NCBI RefSeq assembly: GCF_006345805.1
Contig: NC_043015.1
Location: 7,812,001-7,876,000, forward strand
Length of the DNA: 64,000 nucleotides
Reading direction: 5' to 3'
Source: Octopus sinensis
Taxonomy: Eukaryota
The translations under genes were made by a program, and so were the position numbers. How positions within the stretch are numbered: position 1 is the first letter of the stretch; each line of letters opens with the position of its first letter. This document shows positions 14,085-26,789 of the stretch, in pieces. The notes beneath the pieces were generated by a model. The model worked only from the letters and a program-made list of their open reading frames with translations, was not told where the DNA came from and made no database searches.

Positions 14085-15175
14085 GCCATATTCGTAACTT
14101 ACCCCACCTTTCAATAAACTCACCCGAGGATAGTACTTCCCTCTACATCCTCAATTTCTTTTTCTTTCATACCTTTCAGCCTCGTCCGCCAGACAACCTC
14201 TTTTGCCACAGCCATCAGACTAAGGAAAACTCTTGCTTGTCCGATTAAAAGTGGGCGGTAGCGCAATCATCACTATGGACTCGGCCGATAAGGGGATCCG
14301 TACTACTCGTCACATGAGCTGTTCGACATCACCCCACATGTCAGCAATGTCCGGACACTGAACGAATGTTTGCAGAACGGTTTCGTCACACTGCGCGCAC
14401 TTCGGACAAACCCGTCTAATAGGACATCTGTATCTGTAGAGTTTATCTTGAACTGGTAATATCCTCTGGTAGTACTACCAGACCAAGGGCATCTGGAAAT
14501 TTTCCATGTTAGTTCCCGACCGAAAAGATGGGCCAGTTCGTTTTCGTCGACACCTAGTCTCCCCGAGCATGTCTCCACACTTCTCCGCCACTAGTCCTAT
14601 ACAAATTGCTAAAGCAGAACATCCACTGTTCCCATTGCACGACTGTTAGAGGTTTGTGGGCGCCTGACCACATATTGGGTGGTAGGCGCCCAGTCTTGGT
14701 CTTTTGTTCACCCAGGACTGCAGCTCTGTCAAGGAGAAGAGCAGTGGAAAGACGTACCTCACAAACGGATCTCACACACGGTCAACGTCCCTAAATAGTT
14801 GCAGGTAGTGTAACTTAAGAGCGTGCCTGAGAGTCACAAGCAATGCATACCTAGTCGGCCACTCAGGAAACACTGGTAGAAGAATGACTGCCTGATCATT
14901 GGAACGCATCCCTTCCACAAGAAATTGAACTAGAGACACCCTAACTCGGTAAAGCAATAACTAGGGCAAGGCATGACAGTCAGGCGATAAATGATAACGG
15001 AAGCGATGTAGACATTCGTCACCTCTACCCGACCTTAAAGGGATAGCTTCCTCTCAGCCCATTTCTGGATAAGTTTGGCAACCCCGTTCGTCACCTCGTC
15101 CCAGTTCTTCTCTACTTGGAGGTCGGGACCAAATTAGACACATTGTGTCCAATTTTGACGGAATGGACGCCTATT
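14085..15175 (-). pseudogene. 5'-truncated, decayed Tx1/L1-clade LINE ORF2 (post-RT thumb region plus C-terminal zinc knuckle)
   Basis: Manual translation across stops and frameshifts gives FGPDLQVEKNWDEV / RVAKLIQKWAERKLSL*GRVEVTNVYIASVIIYRLTVMPCP / FNFLWKG / GRLGM / RHALKLHYL / LPVQDKLYRY..CPKCAQCDETVLQTFVQCP (CPKC at 14397-14408) / FLSLMAVAKEVVWRTRLKG / EVLSSGEFIERW. This is the motif order typical of L1/Tx1 ORF2. Confidence 0.85.
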
Positions 15176-15257
15176 ACACCGACGCCAGTGTACGATTGGT
15201 ACTGAACTGTTGTACACTGGGATCGACGTTACTGAATTGACTATCCCCCCTTAAACT

Positions 15258-15643
15258 GAGTGGCTGTGCGGTAAGAGCTTGCTTACGATCCACATGGTCC
15301 CGGGTTCAGTCCCACTGTGTGGCACCTTGGGCAAGTGTCTTCTACTATAGTCTCGGGGCGACAAAAGCCTTGTGAGTGGAAACTGGAAGAAGCCTGTTGT
15401 ATATATGCAGAAATATATGTATGTGTGTATATGTTTGTGTGTCTGTGTTTGTCACCCACAACATCGCTTGACAACCGATGCTGGTGTGTTTACGTACCCG
15501 TAACTTAGTGGTTCGGCAAAAGAGACCGATAGAATAAGTACTATGCTTACAAACAATAAGTCCTGGGGTAGATTTGCTCGACTAAGGGCGGTGCTCCAGC
15601 ATGGCCGCAGTCATATGTCTGGAACAAGTAAAAGAGTAAAAGA
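15258..15643 (+). mobile_element. Near full-length SINE family B
   Basis: gagtggctgtgcggtaagagcttgc...ggcaccttgggcaagtgtcttctactatag (CORE-like ccttgggcaagt)...gcggtgctccagcatggccgcagtca...aacaagtaaaagagtaaaaga. Confidence 0.93.
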
Positions 15644-15674
15644 TTATTTTACATTACTATCCGGCTCTCATCTT

Positions 15675-15820
15675 CCAGAATCGTTAGAACCTCTGAAAAA
15701 TATATTTAGTGGCATTTCTTCCGGTACTTTATGTTTTCCGTTCAAATTCCACCGATGTCGGTCATTCCCCTGTTCAAGGTCAATCAGATAAGCATTTACT
15801 GAACCATGAGTTCGATGAAA
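15675..15820 (+). mobile_element. Highly decayed SINE family A fragment
   Basis: cagaatcgttaga...gttcaaattccaccgatgtcg matches the family A head and B-box region. Confidence 0.5.
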
Positions 15821-17853
15821 TAATTATCTATTAAAAATTATGCTAGTGGCGATTGTTTGTTTTATTTTCCGTGTTAATATATATTCTCAACCGACTTCTT
15901 TACTGTTTTGCATGTATTGTAAAAAGACAAAAACGTTCGACTGGTGAGCAATTGCATCAGACTATAATTTAGTATTTTGTTTCGTTCTGAAAGCATTTAT
16001 GTTTTTGTTTTAATATTCCATTTGTTTCCCTAAGTAGATAATGCTGTAACCAACGAGTTCATAATACGACTCTTACGTTACCAGTCGACAATACTAAACA
16101 TACATTTCCTGCAATAAAACATGACGACGTTGCATAACAAAGAAATGATTCAAATAGCAATATAGCTGTAGTTAGTTCTAAACAGTGAGGAGAGCCATTT
16201 TACAAGTCCTCTTCCTTCATAGATTTGCGCAAGCAGCTTTCATCTGAGGGTAAATACTCATAGCAAGTGGACGGAAAACAACATAAATTTAACCACCATG
16301 GCTGGATGACAGCACTCTTTGAAGGCTTTATCAAATATGTTTTATAGCATTGTGATGCTTCATGTTCGGAAGCTTCTGTTAGTCATACTGAATATTCTCA
16401 AATATTCTCAATCACATACAACATAGTTTACGTAGAATCTAACATTTATATCGCTAATATTAGAAAGTCCACCGAGGGTAACTATACCCTTGTCACTGAA
16501 GAAGTCCAAACTTATGACAACCAACAAATATTTGCCTATACATCTAAAATGAAACGCGAGTTGTAAATTATCAGCGTTAAAACAACAAAATATTGTCGTT
16601 GGTTTAAGAATTTGATTTGGAAGCTCTTTTCCGCCTTTAATCCTGTCGGTTCATTCGAATGATTTCATTTAAAGCTTTCTTTACCAAAGTGGATCGGGAA
16701 TCGTAAGTGAGATGCAAATATTTGTGTGAGAATTCAAGGTCCCGATCTCCCACGAGTAGTATTCACAGAGTGCCTAGATACAGATATGATCGACAAGGCT
16801 GAATCAGAAAAAGTAACTTTAGGAACTGAATCAAATACCACAAAATTATTGTCCAATTCTCAGATTTACGGCAATCAGCTTATCCACAGGGACCTTGGAA
16901 AAATAAATGACAAAATTGACTCTGATTGTCTGTAAACTGAGACAGTACAGTATCGGTATAGCCCACATTTGTTTCTATCAAGCACACAAAAAATTCAATC
17001 AAAATATCCAGAGCTTTAAAAGCACATATTATCCCATTTACGCTGAACTGATTAGAGGTTAACCACAGCAAGTTTATTTTGATGTGATTTGATCTCTCAG
17101 TGTAAATAGTTGAGTTTAATACCGCTAGGAATCTTGTCTTGCCGTCATTCAATTCTGCAAATCAAGCACTGATGTTGCCGATACAATCAACTATAACGTT
17201 TTACTGTGCAGGGTAGAAATCAATATCATAGCTTAACGGGAAAGTAGTTTATGTTGATATCAGAAAAACGAAATGCCTCCTGGTATCAAATAAGTTCCGA
17301 TGACCCCTTTTTAAGCTCAAAAGTGACATGCTGCCTGCAAAGGTTGTCTTTAATTTTAGTCTTATGAATCTGATAATGTAGGAACAGTAAAATGTCGGAT
17401 CGATTTAATCGAAGCTGTCCCTATCAAAATGTACGTCCTTGCGACAATAAAAGAAATCAATATTACACTGCGTTCAATATATTTTTCCTTTGTTTTACGC
17501 TACTTTCACATCAAATTATCTTCGAGAAATCAATAAACTGAAATTAATTGTCTCTTACACAGTCATAGATCCGAAGATTTTCTTTTTATAGAATGAGTCA
17601 GAAAAAGCTTGTGATATTTATAATCTTTGCTGTTATATTGATTTGTTATATTGGCACAAGTCCTCGATTGTTGAATCAAGGTAAATTCCATGAAATGCCC
17701 CAGTATTTGATTGGAATTTTGTTTTATCGATTCCCGTTGGTGGGTGGAACTGCAAAATCGAATTCAGTGAGAATTTAGATCGTAGAGAATGCCAGTAGTG
17801 TAAAGAGATATATTTTTGGGAACGTTCTAAATATACTAACAATATATATGTAC

Positions 17854-17901
<48 letters not shown>

Positions 17902-17905
17902 CAGA

Positions 17906-18306
17906 TTCTTACTCTTACATCCTTTTATTTTCCTACTTTTTTCAGTCATTTGACTGCTGCCATGCTGGAGCACCGCTTTAGAATGTTTTAGTTGAAGAAA
18001 TTGCCCCCAGGAGTTATTCTTTGTAAGCCTGGTACATATTTTATCGGTCCCGTTGCTGAACTTCTATGTTACGTGAACGTAAATAAATCCACTTCAGTTG
18101 CCAAACGATGTGTGGGACAACCAGAGATACAAAGAAACACACATAAATTTATAGTTATATATATTCGACGGGTTTCTTTTAGTTTCCGTCTACAATATGA
18201 TATTAAAATGGTTTTGTCTCCCCGAGGCTATAGCAAAATACACTTTTACAAGGTGCCATTCAGTGGGATTGAACCGAGAATTATGTAGTTTGGAAACAAG
18301 CTTCTT
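17906..18306 (-). mobile_element. SINE family B (diverged)
   Basis: ttcagtcatttgactgctgccatgctggagcaccgc...tcgacgggtttcttttagtttccgtctac...aaggtgccattcagtgggattgaacc. Confidence 0.88.
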
Positions 18307-18904
18307 GAAGTTTAAAACAAGCCAAAATAAATAAGAATTTCTAGACTAAACATTTTTAGGGGCCATGGTTTTACCTAAATCTACAAAGCATTATACGCAA
18401 TACTTAGGCAATTGTGCTGGGCCACCGATATTAGGAGAATGGGGAGAAATATGAAGTAACGAACTGCGTTTAAACACTATCGTAAAATTTTTCTAAGGCT
18501 TAGCAAAAGAAGGGAATACATATGAGTTCTGCGACAGATGTTAGGAAGGGAGTATATTGTCTCAGGGATCATAAATCTTAACGGGTACATTTGATGTGCC
18601 ACATGGGAGTATTAAATCATGAGATGGTTTATGTCTACCATGCAAGAAGAGCTTCGGTTTCGAGAATGGCTGGTACATAGAGAGCTATTCTGTGTCTACC
18701 AAATTTCATTAACAAGCCTTTGATTCGCCCGAAATTTAAATTATCTTTCGCTGGCAGAAAACTAAATAGAATAGATGAACTAAACAGAATACTACAATAA
18801 AATTTAGAGATAACAGGAAAAAAATGTATTTCAGCCTTTTAAACATACTTCGAATAAACAATCACCCGGACATAAAACATACTGAACAAATATTTTAATA
18901 ACAA

Positions 18905-19529
18905 TATTGATGATGATTGCGATACTGCTACCATTACTGCTACTGCTGCTGTTGATGATGATGATGATGACGACGACGATGATGATGATGGTGGTGGTAG
19001 TGGTGGTTATGATAATGATTCGATATTGGTTGCAACCGAGACTGATAATTACGACGATGATGAGGTTATTATATAATAGGTTCATGAAAGATATCGATGG
19101 CGACGCGCGGGTTAAACAATGATTATGTGTACAACAATTGCGATGGTGAGGATTGCGTTGGTAGTGGAGGCGGCGATGATGATAGTTGGTGGCGTTAGCA
19201 GAGGCGCAGATGATAAGATTTGCGGTCATTATGATGATGCTCATGTTGCCGACGATGGTTTTAGATATTATGCGAATGATTGCTTGAGTGTGATGATAAA
19301 AACAAAGACAGAAATGTCGGCAGCGAGGACGAAGGCGGCGGGGACGACGATGACGACGATGATGATGATAAGAAGAAGGATGATTATGATGATGATGGTG
19401 ATTATGATGATAAAGATGATGAGGAGTAAGAAAAGGAAAAAGAACGTGGTAATGATGCCGATAATAAATATGTTAATGGTGTCGATAATTGATTTGATGT
19501 TTATGATGATGTTGATCATGAAAATAATA

Positions 19530-19581
<52 letters not shown>

Positions 19582-19625
19582 AGGTTTTGCTGGTGGTGGT
19601 GATGGTGATGATAAGAATGATAACG
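18905..19625. repeat. Cryptic trinucleotide simple-sequence block (GAT/GAC/GGT/AAT)
   Basis: Runs of (gat)n, (gac)n and (ggt)n, plus a pure (aat)n at ~19535-19578. Confidence 0.9.
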
Positions 19626-20439
19626 ATCTCACAAATGGAAACAAAAAATGTACAGACATATATAAAAGATTAACAAACGACATTTTTCGAGAGAAATCTG
19701 AACAATGATGTGTGGTAAGAAAAAAAAAATATTTATATATATATATACATTACAAAGCAGAAAATAATAAAAAATAAAATAATAAAATAATATTACGAAG
19801 GACACATACAAAAAGAAATTGTTTCAAATTTCAAAATGTTTCGGAAACTATTTGTTCTTTCAATGAAACAGTAGAACAACTTTCGATTTATTGATCCTAG
19901 CTCGGGTTTCACTGCAGTTTGTAGCGTTTAAAACTTTCAACAAAATGCCACGAAGTCTGTGAATATAATATGTAAACAATGCCAAAGCAGCTATCTCGAC
20001 TGCATAATGTTCTGACACATTATTTCTCATTTCGATGATAGTTTCCTGAGTGCCTCAATCGTCTGAGCGTTTTTCTCTGCCATTTCCATAAACGTTATGT
20101 CATTGAAAGAATAAATACCCTCCTCCGGAAACGAAAAGCTATTTATTTTTACTGCAAAAAATTTTAGTTTTTACTCGTTGCCAGAGGGATCTGGCCATGC
20201 TGTGGCCAAATACCATCAAAGGCATATTTTCTACGAATGTAAACTGATGTATTCGCTACTCAATATTAGAGATTAAAAATATTGATATTATTCAGATGAT
20301 AACATTTTCACATACGTACATAAACTACAGATTGAAGTAGAAAAATGATTGTACTCCCAACTTTTAGGTTATTGGAGACCGAACTAGGAAGGGAATAACA
20401 ACAACAAAAAGAAGAAGAACAACAACTACTACTACTAAT

Positions 20440-20893
20440 ACTTCAGCATGGTTAGGGAATCTAAGAAAGTAATGGTTATGTATCGGTGACTTCATATTAG
20501 AAGTAGCGTAACAATGCTTTCCTTAGTTGAGAAGAAAGGTGGAAGTGGGTAACGTTGTGACGGAGATTAAATATTTGCATGCCTATCAAAGGAATAGGAA
20601 TTATAGAATGTTGCCCACTGCACTAAGAGGACAGGTGATCAGTGGCAATTGTGAGAACCTCCGATATTATTTGAGAACTAATAGTGAAAATTTCATCAAC
20701 TGGAATGAGAAAGAAAGATACGGATAGATCTTCTAACAATCATCGGATGAAGCTGAAGAAGAATTCTGGAAAAATGTTTTTTTAAAGGGGTGAGAAAGAC
20801 TGATACTTGCTGCTGAAGAACAACTTTCCCCCAAAATTCCTATCAAGTGACTGAAACAAGTAGGAAAATAAAAGTATGTAAGAGGAAGAACCT

Positions 20894-20929
<36 letters not shown>

Positions 20930-21652
20930 CGTGCATATATATTGTTAGAATATTTAGAACGTTCCGAAAAATATCTCTTTACACTACTGGCATTCTCACT
21001 GAATATCGTTAAGACAGCGGCATCACTTCTGTGTAGACCATGTGGAAATTTATCTGATACAGACATGTAATTAGTTATTATTTAAACGGGCCCAAACGGA
21101 TTACAAAAAACGCCATGACAAACTGACGGTGCAAATGCATCGGCTGTTGAGCAAGAATTGTGTAGTAGCTTGAATTTTCCAACTAGTGTTAAGAGTTACT
21201 ACATTTGCTAGTTGCAGACAAGGATCGAGTGAAACTCACATAGGATATGCCAATCTACACAAATAAGAAGCTGCAAGATAACCGACCAAATATTACTCTC
21301 GTATGGAAGGTGTTAGAAGAAGAGACCTTCATCGACGTAAATATAGTTGCAGACCAACCCAAAATACTGTGAAAATGGAGTGCGAGAATGTCGCAAAGTA
21401 CCAAGACATGGCATTGGAAATCCTTACAGCGCGGCCCCTGTTGTAATCGATGCACTTGGGACTATCACAAAGGTAGCAACAGTTTGGCATCAAAAGCTGC
21501 AAATATCAAATATCTTAAGAAGCATTCAATTGCCAGCAGTAGTTGGAACGTCTTAGGTGTTGAGAAAAGTGATGCGTCGCTAAGCTGCGGGATAGAACCG
21601 AAAGGTGACATAGATAACTCAGGAGAAGATAAGATAATAAAATAAATAAATA
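20440..21652 (+). pseudogene. Decayed R4/Dong-type (RLE endonuclease) non-LTR retrotransposon, 3' part
   Basis: Translation across lesions gives KKVMVMYR*LHIRSSVTMLSLVEKKGGSG (post-RT LHP..D..RLY..R..GGRG motif), CRPCG (21032), AQTDYKKRHDK (21090-21122), DMPIYTNKKLQDNRPNITLV..FIDV (from 21244), ENVAKYQDMALEI, APVVIDALGT and IQLPAVVGTS*VLRKV, followed by an (aaat)n-like tail. A (TA)n tract interrupts it at ~20895-20940. Confidence 0.8.
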
Positions 21653-21660
21653 ATGGATTT

Positions 21661-21823
21661 AAATTCTGGCACAAGACATGCAGTTTCGAAGGAGTGGGTA
21701 AGTCGATTAGTGCTCAAATGGTAATGAATTGATCGTCGCCAGATGGATTGAAGGTAAAGTGGAACTCGGTGGAATTTGAACTCAGACAGTAAATGTTGCC
21801 CGTCGTGCTAACGATTCTGCCAG
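21661..21823 (-). mobile_element. Degenerate SINE family A (variant tail)
   Basis: aaattctggcacaag...gtaagtcgatt...ggaatttgaactcag...cgtgctaacgattctgccag. Confidence 0.75.
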
Positions 21824-22182
21824 TGGTGGTGGTGGTGGTGGTGGTGGCCAGCATTTAGAAGAACGGTTGAGCGATGACTGATTGGGTAGTCAGTGGTATC
21901 ATGGAACTGTGATTTTGCTTTTTTGGACTTTTTTGGTAAGAGATCTCTCTGTTTTAGGTAGTGCATCCTGTATGTTTCCACACATTTTTGTACTTTATGT
22001 ATAATTGGTATAACATTTCTCACACACCTCTTCCTTTAATAACTTATTATGCAAGCCCCTCATCTATTGCAAATAAGACAAAACCTTCATCACCAATATC
22101 AGGATCATCATGAGGATCATCATATAATTTGTCACCTAATTCTTTCAGATGTTTTTTATACAAACAGACTGTCTTACATACC

Positions 22183-22409
22183 TATTTCTTTATTACCCAC
22201 AAGGGGCTAAACACAGAGGGGACAAACAAGGACAGACATAGGTATTAAGTCGATTACAGCGACCCCAGTGCGTAACTGGTACTTAATTTATCGACCGCGA
22301 AAGGATGAAAGGCAAAGTCGACCTCGGCGGAATTTGAACTCACAACGTAACGCAGACGAAATACCGCTAAGCATTTCGCCCGGCGTGCTAACGACTCTGC
22401 CAGCTCGCC
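22183..22409 (-). mobile_element. Full-length SINE family A with 16-bp target-site duplication
   Basis: Complete family A sequence flanked by gactgtcttacatacc at 22167-22182 and 22410-22425. Confidence 0.95.
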
Positions 22410-23604
22410 GACTGTCTTACATACCATTTCCCTTCATCAAAATAAACGTAATATCATAAGTGTTAGTTATCTTCCCATTTCCTTCTTGATGAAACATTGC
22501 AAGCTGTCGTAAAACGTTCTCCTACAAGAAATTTATCCCGTAAAATGTGTTCATATAGGGTGGGACAGAGCGGAGAGGAGCTTTTGAGAAATTCATAAAA
22601 TTATTAATTTTGCCGTAAACAAATTTTATTGACATCAATTTGTTTGTATTTAATTAGCAATTGTCAAAATGAAGAGTGGAAAACAACATCCATCATGTGG
22701 TGTCTGTTTTAATCGATGCATTTCTGAAGGCGTTCTTGTAAGTTGGCTTCTCCTCTCTCCAGCATTACTCTGTCGATTTGGTCGATAGTTCAATGTACGG
22801 GGCTTCTGAGAATATATACGTGCCTTGAGGTTTCCCCACAAGACATAAACACACGTGGACAAATCAGAAGACCGAGCGGGCTAAGAAATGTGAGGAAACC
22901 TAAAAATTAGGTGGCCACCGAAGAGAGGGCAGTTTTACGTTCTTATTTATATAACGTAAGTGTGTCTGAGTGTGTGTGTGTGTGTGTGACAAGAAAAAAA
23001 TATTTGTCATCTTTGCAAAATAATTCTTTATGAAATGGTTCAATTATATTATTTTTAAAATGTCTCAATTTAAAATTTTATAATTTTTCGATGGAATTTT
23101 GCTGAGCTATAACACAATGTACTTTACCATAAGTATATATCTATTTTAGTTTATAGAAGGAATATAAAATATCACGAAGAAAATCAGAACCATATGCCTG
23201 TCAGTTCCAATCGCATCACGCTGCGAACTATGAACTTCGAACAAACGGAAGTTACGACCTAAAAGATGTATCTGTAATCAGATATGAGTTATAGTGCGTT
23301 GAAGGTGTCAAGATTTTGGCATACCAAAGCATGTCCTTATCATTTTCAATTAATTTATGTGCTTTTTTTTATTTCACTGAGTATTCAAATGTTTTATCGT
23401 AACACGAGGTGATATACTACAAAAAATATAATTTTGAAGGTGGATATAAATTCATCATTTATTTAGGTAAAAACTCATTACTTACAGTCTATTCATCGTA
23501 GTAGTATTGTGCGATGATTCATTTCTCTGTAAATCTCTCTCTCTCTTTCCATATATATATATATATATGTACGTAAATGTCGAACAATGAGAAAATATAT
23601 ATAA

Positions 23605-23740
23605 TTACGACGGGCTTCTTTCATTTTCTCCTCTGACAAATCTGCTCTGAAGGCTATAGTACAAGATAGTTGTCCAGGGTGCCATGCAGTGGGACTGAAC
23701 TTAGAACCATGTGGCTGGTAAACAAGCTAATTACCACTCA
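23605..23740 (-). mobile_element. SINE family B 5' half
   Basis: tacgacgggcttctttca...ggtgccatgcagtgggactgaacttagaaccatgtggctggtaaacaagct. Confidence 0.8.
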
Positions 23741-23770
23741 CTCACACTCACACACACACACACACACATA

Positions 23771-23814
<44 letters not shown>

Positions 23815-23899
23815 CATATATATACGAGTATATATATATATATATAGACATATATATGCGAGTATATATATATATATATATATAGACATATATATGCGA

Positions 23900-23951
<52 letters not shown>

Positions 23952-25563
23952 ATATATGTAAAATATTTATGCCAGCTTACATTCCGTTGCTCGCCTAACA
24001 ATGTGTCTATTTGAAAACATGTATAATAAAGAAAAAGCTTTAAATATGTAGCTTGTAACTCAGGTTATAGCGCGTTTGTAGATAAAGCACATTATCAATT
24101 AATGGAAAATACAGGTTCCTTACAATATGTAATCAGAAAGCATTACTAATATTCTTTATTTACATAATTCAATACCTGGACTACAGGCAAAGTAGTCCTC
24201 TAATGGGCTATTATATTCCCTTACAATGCAAAAGAAAAGCATAAAAATGTAACTGACTCATTGCTTTTTGATATGCACAACTAATTATTTTATAATAAAG
24301 GATGTATTTCTCGGAACTGAATGAAATCAAAACCGAACAAAACAGAATCATTCGATTTGTTTCGTTATTTCGTTTCACCTAACAATAGAATTGATTCATA
24401 CTTTTTTCCTGATTAAGTTTCTGGTTTCATTCATTGAACTGTGGTCATGTTTTGGGACTGCATTCAATGTTAGTGAATGATCTTCCTCTCATAAGGATAC
24501 GCTATGTATTTTACTTAGGTGTTATTTGGACACAGGATGCAACATCTACAAAACATCTATGGCGTGATAAATTTTAGTATGACTGGAGTTTGGATCTACA
24601 CTTGCCTGTAAGCAAGGAAAAACATAAAGAAAATTATACTATATATGTCAGAAACAACAGAAGAAATAGTTAGAACCAGAATGCATTTGATAACATGTTT
24701 GCTTAAAGAAGGCTTACTTGGGGCTAAACAACAAATATATATTTTTTTTCTCTCCACATTATATATGCGACCCAATATTCCCGTTAGGAAACAAACGCAA
24801 TCTTTTATACAAACTCTCGTAGATTTTGCTATTTATTTCCGATTATGTTTTCAATGCGTTGTTTGAGACTAACTGAAAGATTTTGAAAACGTGCCAAAAA
24901 TAAATAAATAAAAGAATTGAATTAAAAATAGAGATTCTATTGAGGTTTTACAAAAAGAAACCGAAATATATCTACAAAATTTGAATATATATAATTCTCG
25001 ATACCAGAATGTTTAATTTATTTTATAAAATTTCTTTTCATTCTATTTGTTGTCATTCTGTCTGAATAAAACACAGCATCTATGCATATTTTATAGTCTT
25101 GTGAAATGGCAACTTTTATGTGTTGTCTAACATTTTTCAGAATTAGCTCTTTTCAATTACAGTAACACAGTTCTATATGAAATTTGTATAGTTTAGTCCT
25201 CTACTATTTTGTTAGAGAGTGTTTTTACAACAAAATACATATTTAAAATATGTGAGAAGTTTCTCACCGATATCAGTGATTTGGAGAACAGAAAAAGAAT
25301 AAGTAACAAAATAGAAAATGCAACAGAATTAATTTTATTTCTTTTGTATTCACTTACTTGCAGTAAACAGAGGAAATTTCAACGTTTCGGAGTGTGGTTA
25401 TTTTTCCACTAAGATTTAGGTAAATTAGTTGAGTAAGAAGTATATCTAATACAGCAATAGATATAATATACAATGGCACAGCTCAGGACTGAATAAATTC
25501 GACTCAAAGGAATATGATTAATGAACGTATATGATTACTGATTGATAATGTACATAATTACTG

Positions 25564-25695
25564 ATTGAAAAGGTTGCAAGACGCAACAAAGATTTTAGTA
25601 AAATAAAAATAAGAAATAAGTGGAAATTTTACCGGTGAGTGTGATACATTATAAGGCACAAAAAGAAAATGACTCTCCCCAGACACAATAGAATA
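25564..25695 (-). repeat. Dispersed repeat family C
   Basis: Reverse complement of 61464-61595 over 132 nt. A short related piece (ttgttgtgtctggggagagtcat) lies at ~11092-11114. Confidence 0.9.
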
Positions 25696-26789
25696 GTGAT
25701 TGTTAATTTTACATTTAGAACAATACCCACTAAGATATATACATATGAAAATGTACGATTAGAATATAGTTGTATTGGGCTGAATAAACTATACTGAACG
25801 TGTATGATTACTGATTGTTAATTTTAAATTTAGAATCAAACGCACTAAAATATATATGAAAATGTATGATTGGGATATAATTGCTATGGATTGAACTTTA
25901 TCTAAGAATACAACTCGAAATTAAATTTCTGCTGTCATAGAATAAAATAGATTGAATCTACTAAATAGAACTGGTGTCATCTAATTAATAATTACAATGA
26001 AATATAAGCACTGCTGGCATGAAGTAGTGTATGCCATTGAACTAACGTTCGAAAAATGTGTCTTAAATTCAAATCAGTCAAGCTGTGTTACTTATAATCG
26101 TAACAACACTCGCAATAGATTCAATTTAACAATGTTGCGTAATCTATTGCTGATAAAATTTAATATAATAAAATTGGCATCGTCTATTCGAGCCATCATT
26201 TACTGTCCACTGTGAGGTTTAATGAAGAGGAGAAAATACCTTTACGAAGGTCTTATGTATCAGGAAAATTTAATTTATTTTCATATCAGAGTGAGAGCAA
26301 TAAATTTGCATATACTTTGTAGTAATATCTAGTACGAATAAACACTCTCGGTAAGTTAGTAATTAATCTTTATTATAATACTTTAATTATAGAGACTTCG
26401 TGAATACCATCATCTAATTTTGTTTAATTACAAATCCGTGTTATCTAGAAAAATCACGTGAATTGAATATTTTAATCTTTAAATGTTTTAGTTATGTTTG
26501 TAATTTTAATGCAGCAGTGACTCAGTCTAGCCTCAATTACTTATTTTCATTTGATAATCGGTTTAGGTATCTCTGTTTCTCTAACGGCTCAAGAGAAAAC
26601 AATATAAATACGATAAAATTCATAGATTTATTAATTTTTGAATGAATTTACGTCTTAAATGCGCGTGTAGTAAACCTACAACAAATATAATTGAGGAATA
26701 CATATTTCATCTCTCGCTTTTTATGGAATTGATAAGGTAGGACTTTTAGCGCAATATCGGTTTAATAAATAAACTTAGACGCAAAAGAA

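Noticed and set aside
16880-17152. Minus-strand ORF with SVNG...CLIET, reminiscent of an APE endonuclease N-terminus
   Set aside because: The motif spacing is too short and no downstream APE motifs were found.
19119-19673. 184-aa Met/Ile-rich ORF
   Set aside because: It is produced by GAT/AAT trinucleotide repeats and has no domain signature.
21808-22023. ORF with a poly-His run
   Set aside because: It derives from a (GGT)n microsatellite at a SINE boundary.
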